A DNA stretch of 64,000 nt. It comes from an uncultured Rhodospirillaceae bacterium. Lineage in GTDB: Bacteria > Pseudomonadota > Alphaproteobacteria > UBA828. Position numbers and translations under genes: made by a program. The DNA lies in NCBI GenBank assembly GCA_963997635.1, contig CAXEND010000002.1:52848-116847 (forward strand), read 5' to 3'. Shown here in pieces: positions 10,065-20,753 of this stretch (its first letter is position 1; the number at the start of each line of letters is the position of its first letter). The notes under the pieces were generated by a model that did not search any database, was not told the origin of the DNA, and saw only the letters and a program-made list of their open reading frames with translations.

Positions 10065-11198
10065 ATGCCCCAAACAGAGGGGATACAAAACACAACCTTG
10101 TTTATAGACTCAGTGTCTATAAAAGATAATTGGCAAACTTTGAATTTAAAAAGTATGCCAGCTGCTACTGCTGCGGTTGTAAAGTCTGACGCATATGGTC
10201 TTGGTGCAAATAAAATTATTCCTCTATTAATTACAGTTGGTTGTAATACATTTTTTGTGGCAACAATAGAGGAGGCTCTTAATGCAAGATACTTAACTAA
10301 ACAAGCAGAAGTTTATGTGCTTTTCGGGAATAATACATTAGAAGAAGCAGAAGTATGTCTGGAGAATAATATAACACCCGTCCTAAACCACTTAGGGCAG
10401 ATCGAAATCTGGCGTAAAGCCTTAAAAATAAACAATGAAGCACGATTAGAAACCAAAAAATCAAAGGCTTGGCTTCATTTTGATACTGGGATGACAAGAC
10501 TAGGTATACCAAAACAGGAATTAGAAAAAATTAGGAATAATCCAACAATTGTTAATAACCTAAATATTTCTGGTATAATGAGTCACCTTGCTTGTTCTGA
10601 CATTGTTAACCACTCGACAAATTATGAACAGCTAACTCACTTTAATCACTTAAGATTATGGATGAATACACAATTTGATACTTATTTAAATTGGAGCTTA
10701 GCCAATTCTTCTGGAATATTTCTTGGTAAAGAGTATCACTTCGATATTACTAGACCTGGAGCATCAATATACGGTATTAATCCACAGCTAGATCAAAAAA
10801 ATATAATGAAAGATGTTGTTCGTTTACAAGCAAAAATACTCCAAGTACAACGCGTTGACACTAATCAGACCGTTGGTTATGGTGGAACCTACACGGTTAA
10901 AAAACCCGGAAGAATTGCCACTATAGGATTAGGTTACGCTGACGGGTATTTTAGGGCAGCCAGTGGTTCTGCCCAAGTCTATATTAGAGATTTTCGTATA
11001 CCAGTTGTTGGCCGTATTTCGATGGATTTAATCACATTAGACATAACAGATGTTCCAGAGAAAGACTCTCATGTAGGGTCAATTGTTGATGTTATTGGCC
11101 CTAATTATTCTGTCGACAAGTTAGCCCAAGACTCGGGAACAATCGGATACGAGATCCTTACCTCCCTAGGTAAACGTTATAAACGTATTTGGCTCTAA
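10065..11198 (+). CDS. alr: Alanine racemase
   Basis: 377 aa. PLP-lysine context AVVKSDAYGLG, and YGGTY...GYADGY and RISMDL motifs. dnaB-alr adjacency is classical. Confidence 0.9.
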   Translation: MPQTEGIQNTTLFIDSVSIKDNWQTLNLKSMPAATAAVVKSDAYGLGANKIIPLLITVGCNTFFVATIEEALNARYLTKQAEVYVLFGNNTLEEAEVCLENNITPVLNHLGQIEIWRKALKINNEARLETKKSKAWLHFDTGMTRLGIPKQELEKIRNNPTIVNNLNISGIMSHLACSDIVNHSTNYEQLTHFNHLRLWMNTQFDTYLNWSLANSSGIFLGKEYHFDITRPGASIYGINPQLDQKNIMKDVVRLQAKILQVQRVDTNQTVGYGGTYTVKKPGRIATIGLGYADGYFRAASGSAQVYIRDFRIPVVGRISMDLITLDITDVPEKDSHVGSIVDVIGPNYSVDKLAQDSGTIGYEILTSLGKRYKRIWL

Positions 11199-11199
11199 A

Positions 11200-11988
11200 T
11201 TGATGAATATTTATAATAATCCAGCTGCAACTCTTGGTCGTGGGTTTTTTAATTTATTGGAAACAATAGGTCGTATTTCAATTTTTACTGCAATAAGTAT
11301 ATCTCATTGTTTCCGCCCACGTTTTTACCCCATGCTAATTGTCAGACAGATGGCAGAGGTTGGATATTATTCTCTTCCTGTTGTAGGCCTCACAGGTATT
11401 TTCGCAGGTATGGTTCTAGCATTACAGAGTTATACAGGTTTTTCTAGATTTGCTGCTGAAAGTGCAATACCTGCTGTTGTGGTTCTTTCTATAACTAGAG
11501 AATTAGGTCCAGTACTTGCTGGACTAATGGTAGCAGGCAGAGTTGGTGCAGCCATGGCAGCAGAAATAGGAACAATGAGAGTAACAGAGCAAATAGACGC
11601 CCTTACAACTTTGTCAACAAACCCCTTCAAATACCTTATAGCCCCCAGATTAATAGCTGGTACAATTACTCTTCCGTTACTTGTAATTGTTGCGGATATA
11701 ATAGGTGTATTAGGGGGGTATTTAGTTAGCGTATACAAACTTGGATTTAACTCTGATGCATACATAACAAATACTTTTGAATTCCTACAAACTATGGATG
11801 TAGTATCCGGCCTAGTGAAGGCAGCTGTCTTTGGCTTTCTTATCACCCTTATGGGCTGCTATCATGGTTATCATAGTCGTGGAGGTGCTCAGGGTGTTGG
11901 TTCAGCTACGACAAATGCTGTAGTTTCTGGAGCAATACTTGTTTTAATCTTCAACTATATTATTACGGAAGCATTTTTCTCCCAATGA
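11200..11988 (+). CDS. mlaE: MlaE-family ABC transporter permease (phospholipid/lipid asymmetry type)
   Basis: 262 aa and multi-TM. ITRELGPVLAGLMVAGRVGAAMAAEIGTMRVTEQIDAL is the conserved MlaE/TTG2B signature. Start is TTG 11200 or ATG 11203. Confidence 0.88.
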   Translation: MMNIYNNPAATLGRGFFNLLETIGRISIFTAISISHCFRPRFYPMLIVRQMAEVGYYSLPVVGLTGIFAGMVLALQSYTGFSRFAAESAIPAVVVLSITRELGPVLAGLMVAGRVGAAMAAEIGTMRVTEQIDALTTLSTNPFKYLIAPRLIAGTITLPLLVIVADIIGVLGGYLVSVYKLGFNSDAYITNTFEFLQTMDVVSGLVKAAVFGFLITLMGCYHGYHSRGGAQGVGSATTNAVVSGAILVLIFNYIITEAFFSQ

Positions 11989-12779
11989 CAAAAAGCTCTG
12001 AGAAAAATAACTCGATTAAGCTCTCGATAAAAGGTCTATCTAAGACCTTTGGTAATAAAATAGTTCTTAATGATTTAAACTTAGACGTCAATAAAGGTGA
12101 GTCACTAGTCGTCATAGGTGGATCTGGAACAGGAAAATCAGTAATGCTCAAATGTATTCTCGGTTTGATGAAACCAGAATCAGGTTCAGTACATGTTGAA
12201 GGGCAAGAAATAACTAGTATGAAATTTAGAGATCGTGAAAAATTAATACAAAAATTTGGAATGTTATTCCAAGGTGCGGCTCTTTTTGACAGCATTCCTG
12301 TCTGGGAAAACGTGGCATTTGGATTAATTCAAGGTAAAAAAGTTGGCAAAAAAGAAGCCCGTGAAATAGCATACGAAAAACTATCTTCCGTAGGATTGAG
12401 TTCTGATGTTGGTAATCTTTATCACTCTGAACTATCTGGAGGCATGCAAAAAAGGGTGGCCCTTGCTCGAGCGATTGCTACAGAACCAGAGATAATTTTT
12501 TTTGATGAGCCCACAACTGGTCTTGATCCTATAATGGCTGATGTAATTAATGACTTAATAATAAAAATATCAAAGGAAACGGGGACCACAACGCTTAGTA
12601 TTACTCACGACATGGCTAGTGCTCGAAAAATTGCTGATAGAATTGCAATGATATATAAAGGAAAAATAATTTGGGACGGATCAGTTGATAACCTCGAAAC
12701 TAGTAATAATGAATATGTAGATCAATTTGTTAATGGCCGAGCCGAAGGCCCAATTAAAACTTTAACTACAAATACTTAA
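11985..12779 (+). CDS. mlaF: MlaF-type ABC transporter ATP-binding protein
   Basis: Walker A GGSGTGKS, signature LSGGMQKRVALARA, Walker B IIFFDEPTTGLD. Overlaps mlaE by 4 nt. Confidence 0.9.
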   Translation: MTKSSEKNNSIKLSIKGLSKTFGNKIVLNDLNLDVNKGESLVVIGGSGTGKSVMLKCILGLMKPESGSVHVEGQEITSMKFRDREKLIQKFGMLFQGAALFDSIPVWENVAFGLIQGKKVGKKEAREIAYEKLSSVGLSSDVGNLYHSELSGGMQKRVALARAIATEPEIIFFDEPTTGLDPIMADVINDLIIKISKETGTTTLSITHDMASARKIADRIAMIYKGKIIWDGSVDNLETSNNEYVDQFVNGRAEGPIKTLTTNT

Positions 12780-12826
12780 CCCTATTTATCCTGAAATTGG
12801 AGGGTTAACCAGTTTGGAGTATAGCC

Positions 12827-14218
12827 TTGGCAAAAAATAAACAGAACTTTGTATGTCAATCTTGTGGAAGTTCCTATCATCAATGGACTGGCCGATGTGA
12901 TTCATGTGATGGTTGGAATACATTGGTTGAAGAAATTATTTCTGAAAAACCTCCCAAAGGGCTTGGTGAACGTGAAGGGAAAAAAATTGAAATCTCCGAT
13001 TTAAGAATCACATCGGATAAGCAGGAAAGGTTTTTCACAGAGATTCAGGAACTCGATAGAGTATTCGGAGGTGGACTGGTGCCTGGCTCTGCAATTTTAG
13101 TTGCTGGTGATCCTGGCATTGGAAAATCTACACTATTACTTCAAGCAATAGCGGCAGTCTCAAAATTTAATAAATCTGTAATTTACGTTTCAGGGGAGGA
13201 AGGGAAGGAACAAATTCGTCTGAGAGCTAAAAGACTAAATCTTGATGAATCCTCGGTAAAACTAGCGACAGCTACTGATGTAAGAAATATACTTTCTAGC
13301 CTTAAAGCAAATCCAACTGAAGTAGTAGTAATTGATTCAATACAAACGATGTATTTGGATACCCTTGATGCAAGTCCAGGTAGTGTTAGCCAAGTAAGAG
13401 CAGCTGCACAAGAGTTTATTAGATATGGGAAAGAATCTGGTACTGTAATTTTACTCGTTGGGCACGTTACTAAAGACGGGCAAATTGCCGGGCCAAGAAT
13501 ATTGGAACATATGGTTGACACAGTTCTTTACTTTGAGGGAGATCGAGGTCACCAGTTTAGAATTGTTAGATCAATCAAGAATCGTTTTGGTCCAGCAGAC
13601 GAGATTGGTGTTTTTGAGATGACGAGCCAAGGATTAACCGAAGTAAAAAACCCATCTTCAGTGTTTCTGAATGGATTGAAAGCTCCTCCTTATGGAACTG
13701 TAGTTTTTGCAGGAATAGAAGGCACTAGGCCAGTATTAATGGAAATACAAGCACTTGTTTCACCAGGGGGGGCCGGGAATCCAAGAAGAGCTGTACTAGG
13801 TTGGGACTCTAATCGTCTTTCAATGATACTTGCTGTTTTAGAGCGTAATACTGGTCATTCCTTCTTAACAAATGATATTTACCTGAATGTTGTTGGAGGC
13901 TTAAAGATCAAAGAACCCGCCGCAGATTTAGCAATAGCAGCTGCAATTATGTCATCAATAAATAGTGTGCCACTTAATCCAGAAACTGTAGTTTTTGGTG
14001 AGATAGGTCTTTCTGGGGAGATTAGACCTATAGCCCAAAGCTCCACCCGCTTAAAAGAAGCCAAAAAGCTTGGGTTTATAAATGCAATCGTTCCATCTAG
14101 AACAACTGATAAAAAACTAACTGGAATATCTGGTGTAAAGATTAAATCTATTAATCAAATTACCGAACTTCCATCCCTTTTCAAGATACAAACTACGAAA
14201 CAGGAGATGCATGACTGA
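12827..14218 (+). CDS. radA: DNA repair protein RadA/Sms
   Basis: N-terminal zinc finger CQSCGSSYHQWTGRCDSCDGWN, Walker A GDPGIGKST, KNRFG motif and a Lon-like C-terminal domain. TTG start. Confidence 0.95.
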   Translation: MAKNKQNFVCQSCGSSYHQWTGRCDSCDGWNTLVEEIISEKPPKGLGEREGKKIEISDLRITSDKQERFFTEIQELDRVFGGGLVPGSAILVAGDPGIGKSTLLLQAIAAVSKFNKSVIYVSGEEGKEQIRLRAKRLNLDESSVKLATATDVRNILSSLKANPTEVVVIDSIQTMYLDTLDASPGSVSQVRAAAQEFIRYGKESGTVILLVGHVTKDGQIAGPRILEHMVDTVLYFEGDRGHQFRIVRSIKNRFGPADEIGVFEMTSQGLTEVKNPSSVFLNGLKAPPYGTVVFAGIEGTRPVLMEIQALVSPGGAGNPRRAVLGWDSNRLSMILAVLERNTGHSFLTNDIYLNVVGGLKIKEPAADLAIAAAIMSSINSVPLNPETVVFGEIGLSGEIRPIAQSSTRLKEAKKLGFINAIVPSRTTDKKLTGISGVKIKSINQITELPSLFKIQTTKQEMHD

Positions 14219-14837
14219 ACTACCCATCAATTTGATTGATATTGGCGTTGCAATCATTCTTTTGATTTCAGGACTGCTAGCTTTTTCGCGAGGAGTTGTT
14301 CGTGAAACTCTTGGTATAGGCTCTTGGATTGGTGCAACTATAGCAACCGTTTATGGTTTTCATTATTTACGTCCAATAGCCCGTGATTTAATCGATAGTC
14401 AACTAATTGCAGATGCATCTGCAGGAGCTGCTATTTTTGTTATATCCTTAGTCGTATTCACAATTTTAACTCAACTTATAGCAGGACGAATACAAAAGAG
14501 TAGACTTGGAGCTTTGGATCGAATGCTTGGAATTGTGTTTGGTTTATTTCGAGGTGCACTGTTAGTATGTCTTGCCCAAATGATGTTTGTTTGGGCTGTA
14601 GCAGAAGAAGATAAACCTTCATGGGTCGACCAAGCGATCACAATGCCGTATATCATACACGGTGCAGATTTGATTCGTTCAATAGTTCCGCATAAAACTT
14701 TGCATGAAGCCCAAAAACGAGTTAAAGCAACAGGAGATGGAATCAGGAAGGCAAAAGAAGCAGATAAAAACAGAAGAGATGCTGAAGAAAAATTTGAAAA
14801 AGCAACAGAGGAACTGAAACCTAATAATGAAGAATGA
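14211..14837 (+). CDS. cvpA: CvpA-family (colicin V production) membrane protein
   Basis: 208 aa with four hydrophobic segments and a charged C-terminal tail. Conserved radA-cvpA-purF order. Overlaps radA by 8 nt. Confidence 0.75.
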   Translation: MTELPINLIDIGVAIILLISGLLAFSRGVVRETLGIGSWIGATIATVYGFHYLRPIARDLIDSQLIADASAGAAIFVISLVVFTILTQLIAGRIQKSRLGALDRMLGIVFGLFRGALLVCLAQMMFVWAVAEEDKPSWVDQAITMPYIIHGADLIRSIVPHKTLHEAQKRVKATGDGIRKAKEADKNRRDAEEKFEKATEELKPNNEE

Positions 14838-14894
14838 TTCAAAAAATACTTTCATCTCCTCCATTAATCTATTTTCTATTATCGGGTAATTACA

Positions 14895-16346
14895 ATGTCC
14901 AGTGATCATTTACAAAAGGATAAGTTTCACGAAGAATGTGGTGTTTTCGGGGTTTTCGGGCACCCTGAAGCAGCAGCACATACTGCACTTGGTTTACATG
15001 CCCTCCAACATCGAGGGCAAGAGTCATGTGGCATAGTAACCAGTGATAGCGAAATGTTTCACAGTCATCGTGCCACCGGTAAAGTTGGAGATAATTTCAG
15101 TGATGCTAGTGTAATTAAAAAATTACCTGGTTACTCAGCAATTGGGCACAATAGGTATTCTACTACTGGTCCGAATGAGGAGAGAAACATTCAACCAATG
15201 TTTGCTGATTATGCCTTTGGAGGTTTTGCTTTAGCTCACAATGGTAATCTTACGAACGCTGTTCAACTTAGATGTGACCTAATGGACAAAGGTAGTATAT
15301 TCAATTCAACTTCTGATACAGAAACGTTAATTCATCTTGTAGCTCTTAGCCCTCAAATCAACGTTATCGATAAACTGGTAGATGCTACTAGTAAAGTTGT
15401 TGGAGCTTATTCTTTAGTAGCATTAACAAGTGATATGCTTATAGGAATGCGTGATCCGTTTGGAATAAGACCTCTTGTTTTAGGTCAACTTGATGATGCA
15501 TGGCTTTTAGCTTCCGAGTCAGTTGCTTTTGACATAATTGGTGCAAATTTAATTAGAGAGATTAAGCCTGGCGAAATGATTGTTATTACAGAAAATGGGC
15601 TGAAAAGTTACCATCCATTCACAGTACAAAAACAAAGATTTTGTATTTTTGAATATGTTTATTTTTCTAGACCTGATAGTGAGGTAGAAGGATCGAGTGT
15701 ATACAATGTGAGAAAGCGCATTGGGCAAGAGCTTGCTCAAGAATCACCCGTAGACGCAGACGTTGTTGTTCCAGTCCCAGATTCAGGGGTTCCTGCAGCT
15801 ATTGGGTATGCAGAAGCAGCAAGCATTCCCTTTGAGCTTGGTATAATAAGAAACCACTATGTTGGCCGCACATTTATTGAGCCTTCAGATCAAATTCGTC
15901 ACTTGGGAGTTAAACTTAAACATAATGCAAATTCTGGCACCCTTAAGGGAAAAAAAGTAGTATTAGTTGATGATAGTATTGTTAGAGGAACAACTTCTAC
16001 CAAGATTGTAGAGATGGTTAGAAATGCTGGAGCTGCTGAAGTACATATGCGTATAGCTAGTCCACCAACAACTCACTCTTGCTTTTATGGTGTTGATACT
16101 CCCGAAAGAAAGCAACTTTTTGCTGCTCAACATAATTCTCTAGAAATGGCAAAAATAATTGGAGTTGATTCTTTATCATATATTTCTATTGATGGACTCT
16201 ACAGGGCTTGTGGAGAAAACAACCGAAATAATTCTTTCCCTCAATTCTGTGATGCATGCTTTACAGGTGAATATCCAATTGCTCTAAGTGATCATGACGA
16301 AGGCCACACTCCAGCACAACTATCATTACTTACAGAAAGTCGCTAG
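14895..16346 (+). CDS. purF: Amidophosphoribosyltransferase
   Basis: Ntn-type N-terminus ...ECGVFGVFG, PRPP-binding VVLVDDSIVRGTTS, and Cys residues consistent with the 4Fe-4S type (SCFYG..., FCDACFTGEYP). Confidence 0.95.
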   Translation: MSSDHLQKDKFHEECGVFGVFGHPEAAAHTALGLHALQHRGQESCGIVTSDSEMFHSHRATGKVGDNFSDASVIKKLPGYSAIGHNRYSTTGPNEERNIQPMFADYAFGGFALAHNGNLTNAVQLRCDLMDKGSIFNSTSDTETLIHLVALSPQINVIDKLVDATSKVVGAYSLVALTSDMLIGMRDPFGIRPLVLGQLDDAWLLASESVAFDIIGANLIREIKPGEMIVITENGLKSYHPFTVQKQRFCIFEYVYFSRPDSEVEGSSVYNVRKRIGQELAQESPVDADVVVPVPDSGVPAAIGYAEAASIPFELGIIRNHYVGRTFIEPSDQIRHLGVKLKHNANSGTLKGKKVVLVDDSIVRGTTSTKIVEMVRNAGAAEVHMRIASPPTTHSCFYGVDTPERKQLFAAQHNSLEMAKIIGVDSLSYISIDGLYRACGENNRNNSFPQFCDACFTGEYPIALSDHDEGHTPAQLSLLTESR

Positions 16347-16349
16347 TTT

Positions 16350-17066
16350 ATGACTAAAAAGCTGGATGGACGCATAGCTCTGATCACCGGAGCCTCGCGA
16401 GGAATAGGTGCAGCAGTTGCAAAACGTTTTGCTAAAGAAGGAGCACACCTAGTTTTAACTGCTCGCTCTACAAATGCTCTAGAAGAGTTAGACGACTATA
16501 TTAGGTCTAGGGGTGGGAAACGACCAACTCTTGTCCCATTTGATTTAAATGATGGTGATCAAATCGACCTTCTTGGGTCAGCATTACATGAGAGATTCAA
16601 AAAACTTGATGTTTTAGTTTCTAACGCAGGAATTTTAGGTGGTCTTCGTCCATTAGGACATTATTCTCCCAAAATGTGGGATGAGACAATTAACGTTAAT
16701 CTTACTTCAAATTGGCGTTTAATTAGAAGCCTTGATCCTTTACTTCGTGCTTCAAATTCTGGAAGAGCTTTGTTTGTAACTTCTGGCATAACGAAAGCTA
16801 ACGGAAGACCATATTGGGGGCCATATGCCGCAAGTAAATCTGCCCTTGAGACCTTGATTAGAACTTGGGCTTCAGAGCTTGAACGCACTAAAGTCAAAGT
16901 CAACCTGATTGACCCCGGACCTGTAGCAACAAAAATGCGAGCAGAAGCATTTCCTGGCGAAGATCAGAAAAAAATTAACCAGCCAGATGATATCGTTAAT
17001 ACATTTGTTGAATTAAGTACAACTGAAAATGATATTCATGGGCAGAGAGTTGAAATATCAGTCTGA
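16350..17066 (+). CDS. Short-chain dehydrogenase/reductase (YciK-like)
   Basis: ITGASRGIGAAVA Rossmann motif, NAGI, catalytic YAASKSAL. Confidence 0.8.
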   Translation: MTKKLDGRIALITGASRGIGAAVAKRFAKEGAHLVLTARSTNALEELDDYIRSRGGKRPTLVPFDLNDGDQIDLLGSALHERFKKLDVLVSNAGILGGLRPLGHYSPKMWDETINVNLTSNWRLIRSLDPLLRASNSGRALFVTSGITKANGRPYWGPYAASKSALETLIRTWASELERTKVKVNLIDPGPVATKMRAEAFPGEDQKKINQPDDIVNTFVELSTTENDIHGQRVEISV

Positions 17067-17068
17067 CC

Positions 17069-18424
17069 TCATTTAACATAGGGGTTTTTCCCTTTTTTTA
17101 AATTAATGCGTATGGGAACCCCAAGAAGATTGAACTCATCTCTCAAACTATTTACTAGATAACGTAAGTAACTTTCAGGTAATTCTGTAGGGAGATTGCA
17201 AAATATAGTAAAAGTTGGTGGTCTGGACTTAACCTGAGTTATATATCTCATTTTTATTCTACGGCCTGCCGAAAGTGGCGGAGGATGATGTTCTAATGTC
17301 ATTGCTAGCCATTGATTTAATTCTGCTGTTTTGATTCTTTGATTCCAACACCTATGTGCATCCAATACAGCCGGCATTAATAACTCAATACCATTTCCAC
17401 TAAGAGCTGAAAGGGGAATGATAGAAATACCTTTTGCTTGAGAAAGAGTTCTAGAAATCAAATTATTATAACCTAATAGTTGATTCTTAGAATTTTTAAC
17501 GCAATCCCATTTATTTAACACTATAAGTGGGGCACGACCCTCGCTTATTGCAAGCGAAGCAATAGAAAAATCTTGTTTTGATGGCTCTACAGATCCATCA
17601 AACATAATAATTACTACCTCAGACTTGCCCAGAGATCGCCTGGCATCAGCAGCAGACAACTTTTCTATTCCATCAACTACTTTTGCACGGCGACGAAGAC
17701 CTGCAGTATCAACAAGCTGAATTATCCTTCCCATATAATCCCACTCTACTGATACTGAGTCTCTTGTAAGGCCAGATTCTGGGCCCGTAATAGATCTTTC
17801 CTCCCCTAGAATTCTATTTAGAAGTGTTGATTTACCTACGTTTGGACGACCAACAATTGATATTTTCAGTGATGGTAATGATTTTTTCTTTTTATCCAAC
17901 TTTGAACTATCTACATCACAATCAAAGTTTTCCCTAAAGCAAGATGATAATACATCGTGTAAATCACTAAGCCCTTCAGCGTGTTCCGCAGAAATTGGTA
18001 TTGGGCATCCAAATCCTAAACCCCAAGCATCTGGTATAGATAAATCCCCAGATGTCCCCTCACACTTTGTTAAAACTAGAATAGTTTTTTTACCACTTTC
18101 ATGCATCATTTTTGCTATATGCTGGTCGAAAGGGGTTACGCCCAATCGTCCATCAACTAACATCAAAATAATGTCAGCCGTATGAATGGCAGTTTTTGTT
18201 TGATCCATGATTCTTGATGCAAAACTCTCACTATTTGAATCGTCCAATCCAGCGGTATCGATTATACGAAAATTTAGATTACCAAGCCGTGCATCACCTT
18301 CCCTTCTATCACGTGTTACACCCGGTATGTCTTTTATAATAGCCGCCCGTCGTTGGACTAGACGGTTGAATAGTGTTGATTTACCTACGTTAGGTCTACC
18401 TATTAAAGCTACTGTGATTGACAT
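17069..18424 (-). CDS. der: Ribosome-associated GTPase Der/EngA
   Basis: Two tandem G domains, each with GRPNVGKST, DTAG and (T/N)K.(E/D) motifs, plus a C-terminal KH-like domain. Confidence 0.95.
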   Translation of the reverse strand: MSITVALIGRPNVGKSTLFNRLVQRRAAIIKDIPGVTRDRREGDARLGNLNFRIIDTAGLDDSNSESFASRIMDQTKTAIHTADIILMLVDGRLGVTPFDQHIAKMMHESGKKTILVLTKCEGTSGDLSIPDAWGLGFGCPIPISAEHAEGLSDLHDVLSSCFRENFDCDVDSSKLDKKKKSLPSLKISIVGRPNVGKSTLLNRILGEERSITGPESGLTRDSVSVEWDYMGRIIQLVDTAGLRRRAKVVDGIEKLSAADARRSLGKSEVVIIMFDGSVEPSKQDFSIASLAISEGRAPLIVLNKWDCVKNSKNQLLGYNNLISRTLSQAKGISIIPLSALSGNGIELLMPAVLDAHRCWNQRIKTAELNQWLAMTLEHHPPPLSAGRRIKMRYITQVKSRPPTFTIFCNLPTELPESYLRYLVNSLRDEFNLLGVPIRINLKKGKNPYVK

Positions 18425-18444
18425 TGGTGAGCCCCAAAGCAGTA

Positions 18445-19773
18445 TTATCGGAGTGCATATATTTTAGCCTGATCAGTAAGCACAAAAATTGTTTCATCTG
18501 CAACAATCGGCGGAAGGCTAATGGCATCAGGGACAACAACCCTACCGAGATATCGGCCGTCATAAGGTGAAATTACAACTGCAACTCCAGCAGAACTAGT
18601 AAGTAGCAATCGATCATTTATTAGAATGGGACCACTCCACTTTATAGATTCTTCCTTCCTCTCAGGATCTGCGTGCCTAGGTAAGGATTTAACCCATCTA
18701 ATTTTTCCAGTTTTCCTCACCAAACATACCACCTCACCTTCAAGAGTTACCACGTAAAGAAAGTCTCCGGCTACCCAAGGTGTATTGACACCTGCTAAAT
18801 CATGCTCCCAGACACGTGAACCTGAGCGAAGATCAATAGCCACAAGGTGACTTCCATGACTGATTATGAAAGCTAATCCCCTATCTATTATTGGACTACC
18901 ATTAATATCATTGAATGTAGAAATACTGCTTGTAAGTTGATTTTGATTACCCAATGCATCAGACCAAATAATACGACCGTTTTTTATACTTAAAGCAGTT
19001 ATTTCACCAGAAGAATAAGGCACTAAAACAATATCCCCTGCTATTGCAGGACTAGCCCCACCAAGCAAACCTGCTGGTTCTGAAATTCCAGCATGGCTCC
19101 ATAATTTTTTTCCACTACGACCGTCAAGTGCCCAGATTTGATTATCTAGACTAATTGCAAATACCTTTTTGTCTGCAACAACTGGTGCCGTTCTAAAAGG
19201 AATACCTGTATTAAAACGCCAAATTATTTGGCCTGTTTTTGCATTCAGTGCAAGAATCTCTCCAAAACCAGTAGAGGCAAAAATCCTTCCTCTAGAATAA
19301 GCTAAACCACCGCCAAAGCCACTTTCTTTATCTTCATATTCAGGTTTAGGGTTATAGCTCCACAAAAGTACCCCAGAATCTGTTGAAAAGCTGTAAATAA
19401 GTCCTTTAGAATCTGTTGCAAATATTTTTTCTCCAGCCACAACAGGTGTTGATAAAATTTGAGTCTTTGTATCTGACGGCGAACCAAATTTAGTGTTCCA
19501 AAAAATACTTGGATTGTTTGAAGCAGAGAGATGATGCATAGCACGGTCAGGATAACCCCCCGTCTGTGGCCATTCTTTATTTATATAAGGCTTCGGTAAT
19601 CTAATAGGTAAATCAGAAACAGTTGGGTCAGGCTGTATTACTGAGGACTGTAACAATACAGATATACGTTTTCCAGGTAGTGGCGGATCCTCTGGCTCTC
19701 CCATCCATTCCCCACATGCATATAATAAAAAACAAACAGGTATTATTATTGTGAAAATATAGACAGTTCGCAT
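18445..19773 (-). CDS. bamB: Outer-membrane protein assembly factor BamB (PQQ-like beta-propeller lipoprotein)
   Basis: Repeated beta-propeller blades (G.l.ald..tG...W). Lipobox LLYAC after MRTVYIFTIIIPVCF. I prefer the ATG at 19773 over the track's TTG at 19794. yfgM-bamB-der order as in E. coli. Confidence 0.8.
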   Translation of the reverse strand: MRTVYIFTIIIPVCFLLYACGEWMGEPEDPPLPGKRISVLLQSSVIQPDPTVSDLPIRLPKPYINKEWPQTGGYPDRAMHHLSASNNPSIFWNTKFGSPSDTKTQILSTPVVAGEKIFATDSKGLIYSFSTDSGVLLWSYNPKPEYEDKESGFGGGLAYSRGRIFASTGFGEILALNAKTGQIIWRFNTGIPFRTAPVVADKKVFAISLDNQIWALDGRSGKKLWSHAGISEPAGLLGGASPAIAGDIVLVPYSSGEITALSIKNGRIIWSDALGNQNQLTSSISTFNDINGSPIIDRGLAFIISHGSHLVAIDLRSGSRVWEHDLAGVNTPWVAGDFLYVVTLEGEVVCLVRKTGKIRWVKSLPRHADPERKEESIKWSGPILINDRLLLTSSAGVAVVISPYDGRYLGRVVVPDAISLPPIVADETIFVLTDQAKIYALR

Positions 19774-19800
19774 ACTTTTATCCTGTTGGTTCAAAGATAT

Positions 19801-20454
19801 TCACTTATCAGTGCCAAGCACAGCTAAAATTTGAGCTGCCCTATCTTTTAACCCTTCTGGAGCAGAAGCATCAAGAGTAAGTGCACTCAGTAACTCGCGT
19901 GCATGATCTTTCTTACCAGCTTTAATAGCCGAAAGTGCCAGTGTTTCTTGAGCCATAGGTCTCCATATATTGCCCTCTAAAAGTATAGGTGCTAATTTTT
20001 CATTTATCTGCCTAAAATCTAAAGTGTCTAAGAGTAGATCCGAAGATATGTAGATTGCTAAATCTCTATAAATCTTTGGGACATCTGTATTCGCAGCAAT
20101 TACATCATAAGTTTCCAAAGCCCCTGCCAGATTTTCATCTGATAAATATGCTTCTGCAGCTCGGAACTGTGAAAAGATCAAATAAGCTGGATCATCTGAA
20201 GATTTTGCAAGTTCAAGATACATTTCAGCAGCATCGGAAGGTTTCCCTTCTTCTAGAGCCTTAAATGCATCATGAAAGATTTCAGCTTGTTCAAGTTTCC
20301 TCGTTTCAGCGGCATCACGAACCAAAACAAAAGCAATTACTATACCAATAATAATTATAATTATTGCAGCTAGCGGCCATCGCCCCCAACGCCATAATTT
20401 TTTTAACCTATCCTGTTTAAGTGCGTCTTCAATATCGTGAAAAATATCAGCCAA
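19801..20454 (-). CDS. YfgM-like membrane-anchored TPR-like protein
   Basis: 217 aa with a single N-terminal TM (WPLAAIIIIIIGIVIAFVLV) followed by a helical TPR-like domain. Positioned immediately upstream of bamB-der. TTG start with GGAG upstream. Confidence 0.6.
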   Translation of the reverse strand: MADIFHDIEDALKQDRLKKLWRWGRWPLAAIIIIIIGIVIAFVLVRDAAETRKLEQAEIFHDAFKALEEGKPSDAAEMYLELAKSSDDPAYLIFSQFRAAEAYLSDENLAGALETYDVIAANTDVPKIYRDLAIYISSDLLLDTLDFRQINEKLAPILLEGNIWRPMAQETLALSAIKAGKKDHARELLSALTLDASAPEGLKDRAAQILAVLGTDK

Positions 20455-20753
20455 TTTACAATCTCCGCTGAAAGAGTTCCATAAGAAATAGAGAGTTATA
20501 GCATTGTAAATTGAAGGTAGCCAATGAAACCGATAAAAAAACTACAGGCGAGTTATAGCCAAATAGTCACTCCTTTATTCAACAAATTAACCTGTGTCAT
20601 ATACTAGTTTGAAAGCAACTAGTTATTCTATACCTGATTCTCAACTTTCCAGCTCAAAATACCACAATTCACACATTTCAGTTTCACAAAAATTTAAGTG
20701 CTGGCTTAACACAAATATAGTCTATTTAAGAGATCAATATGTCGGAATAATTT

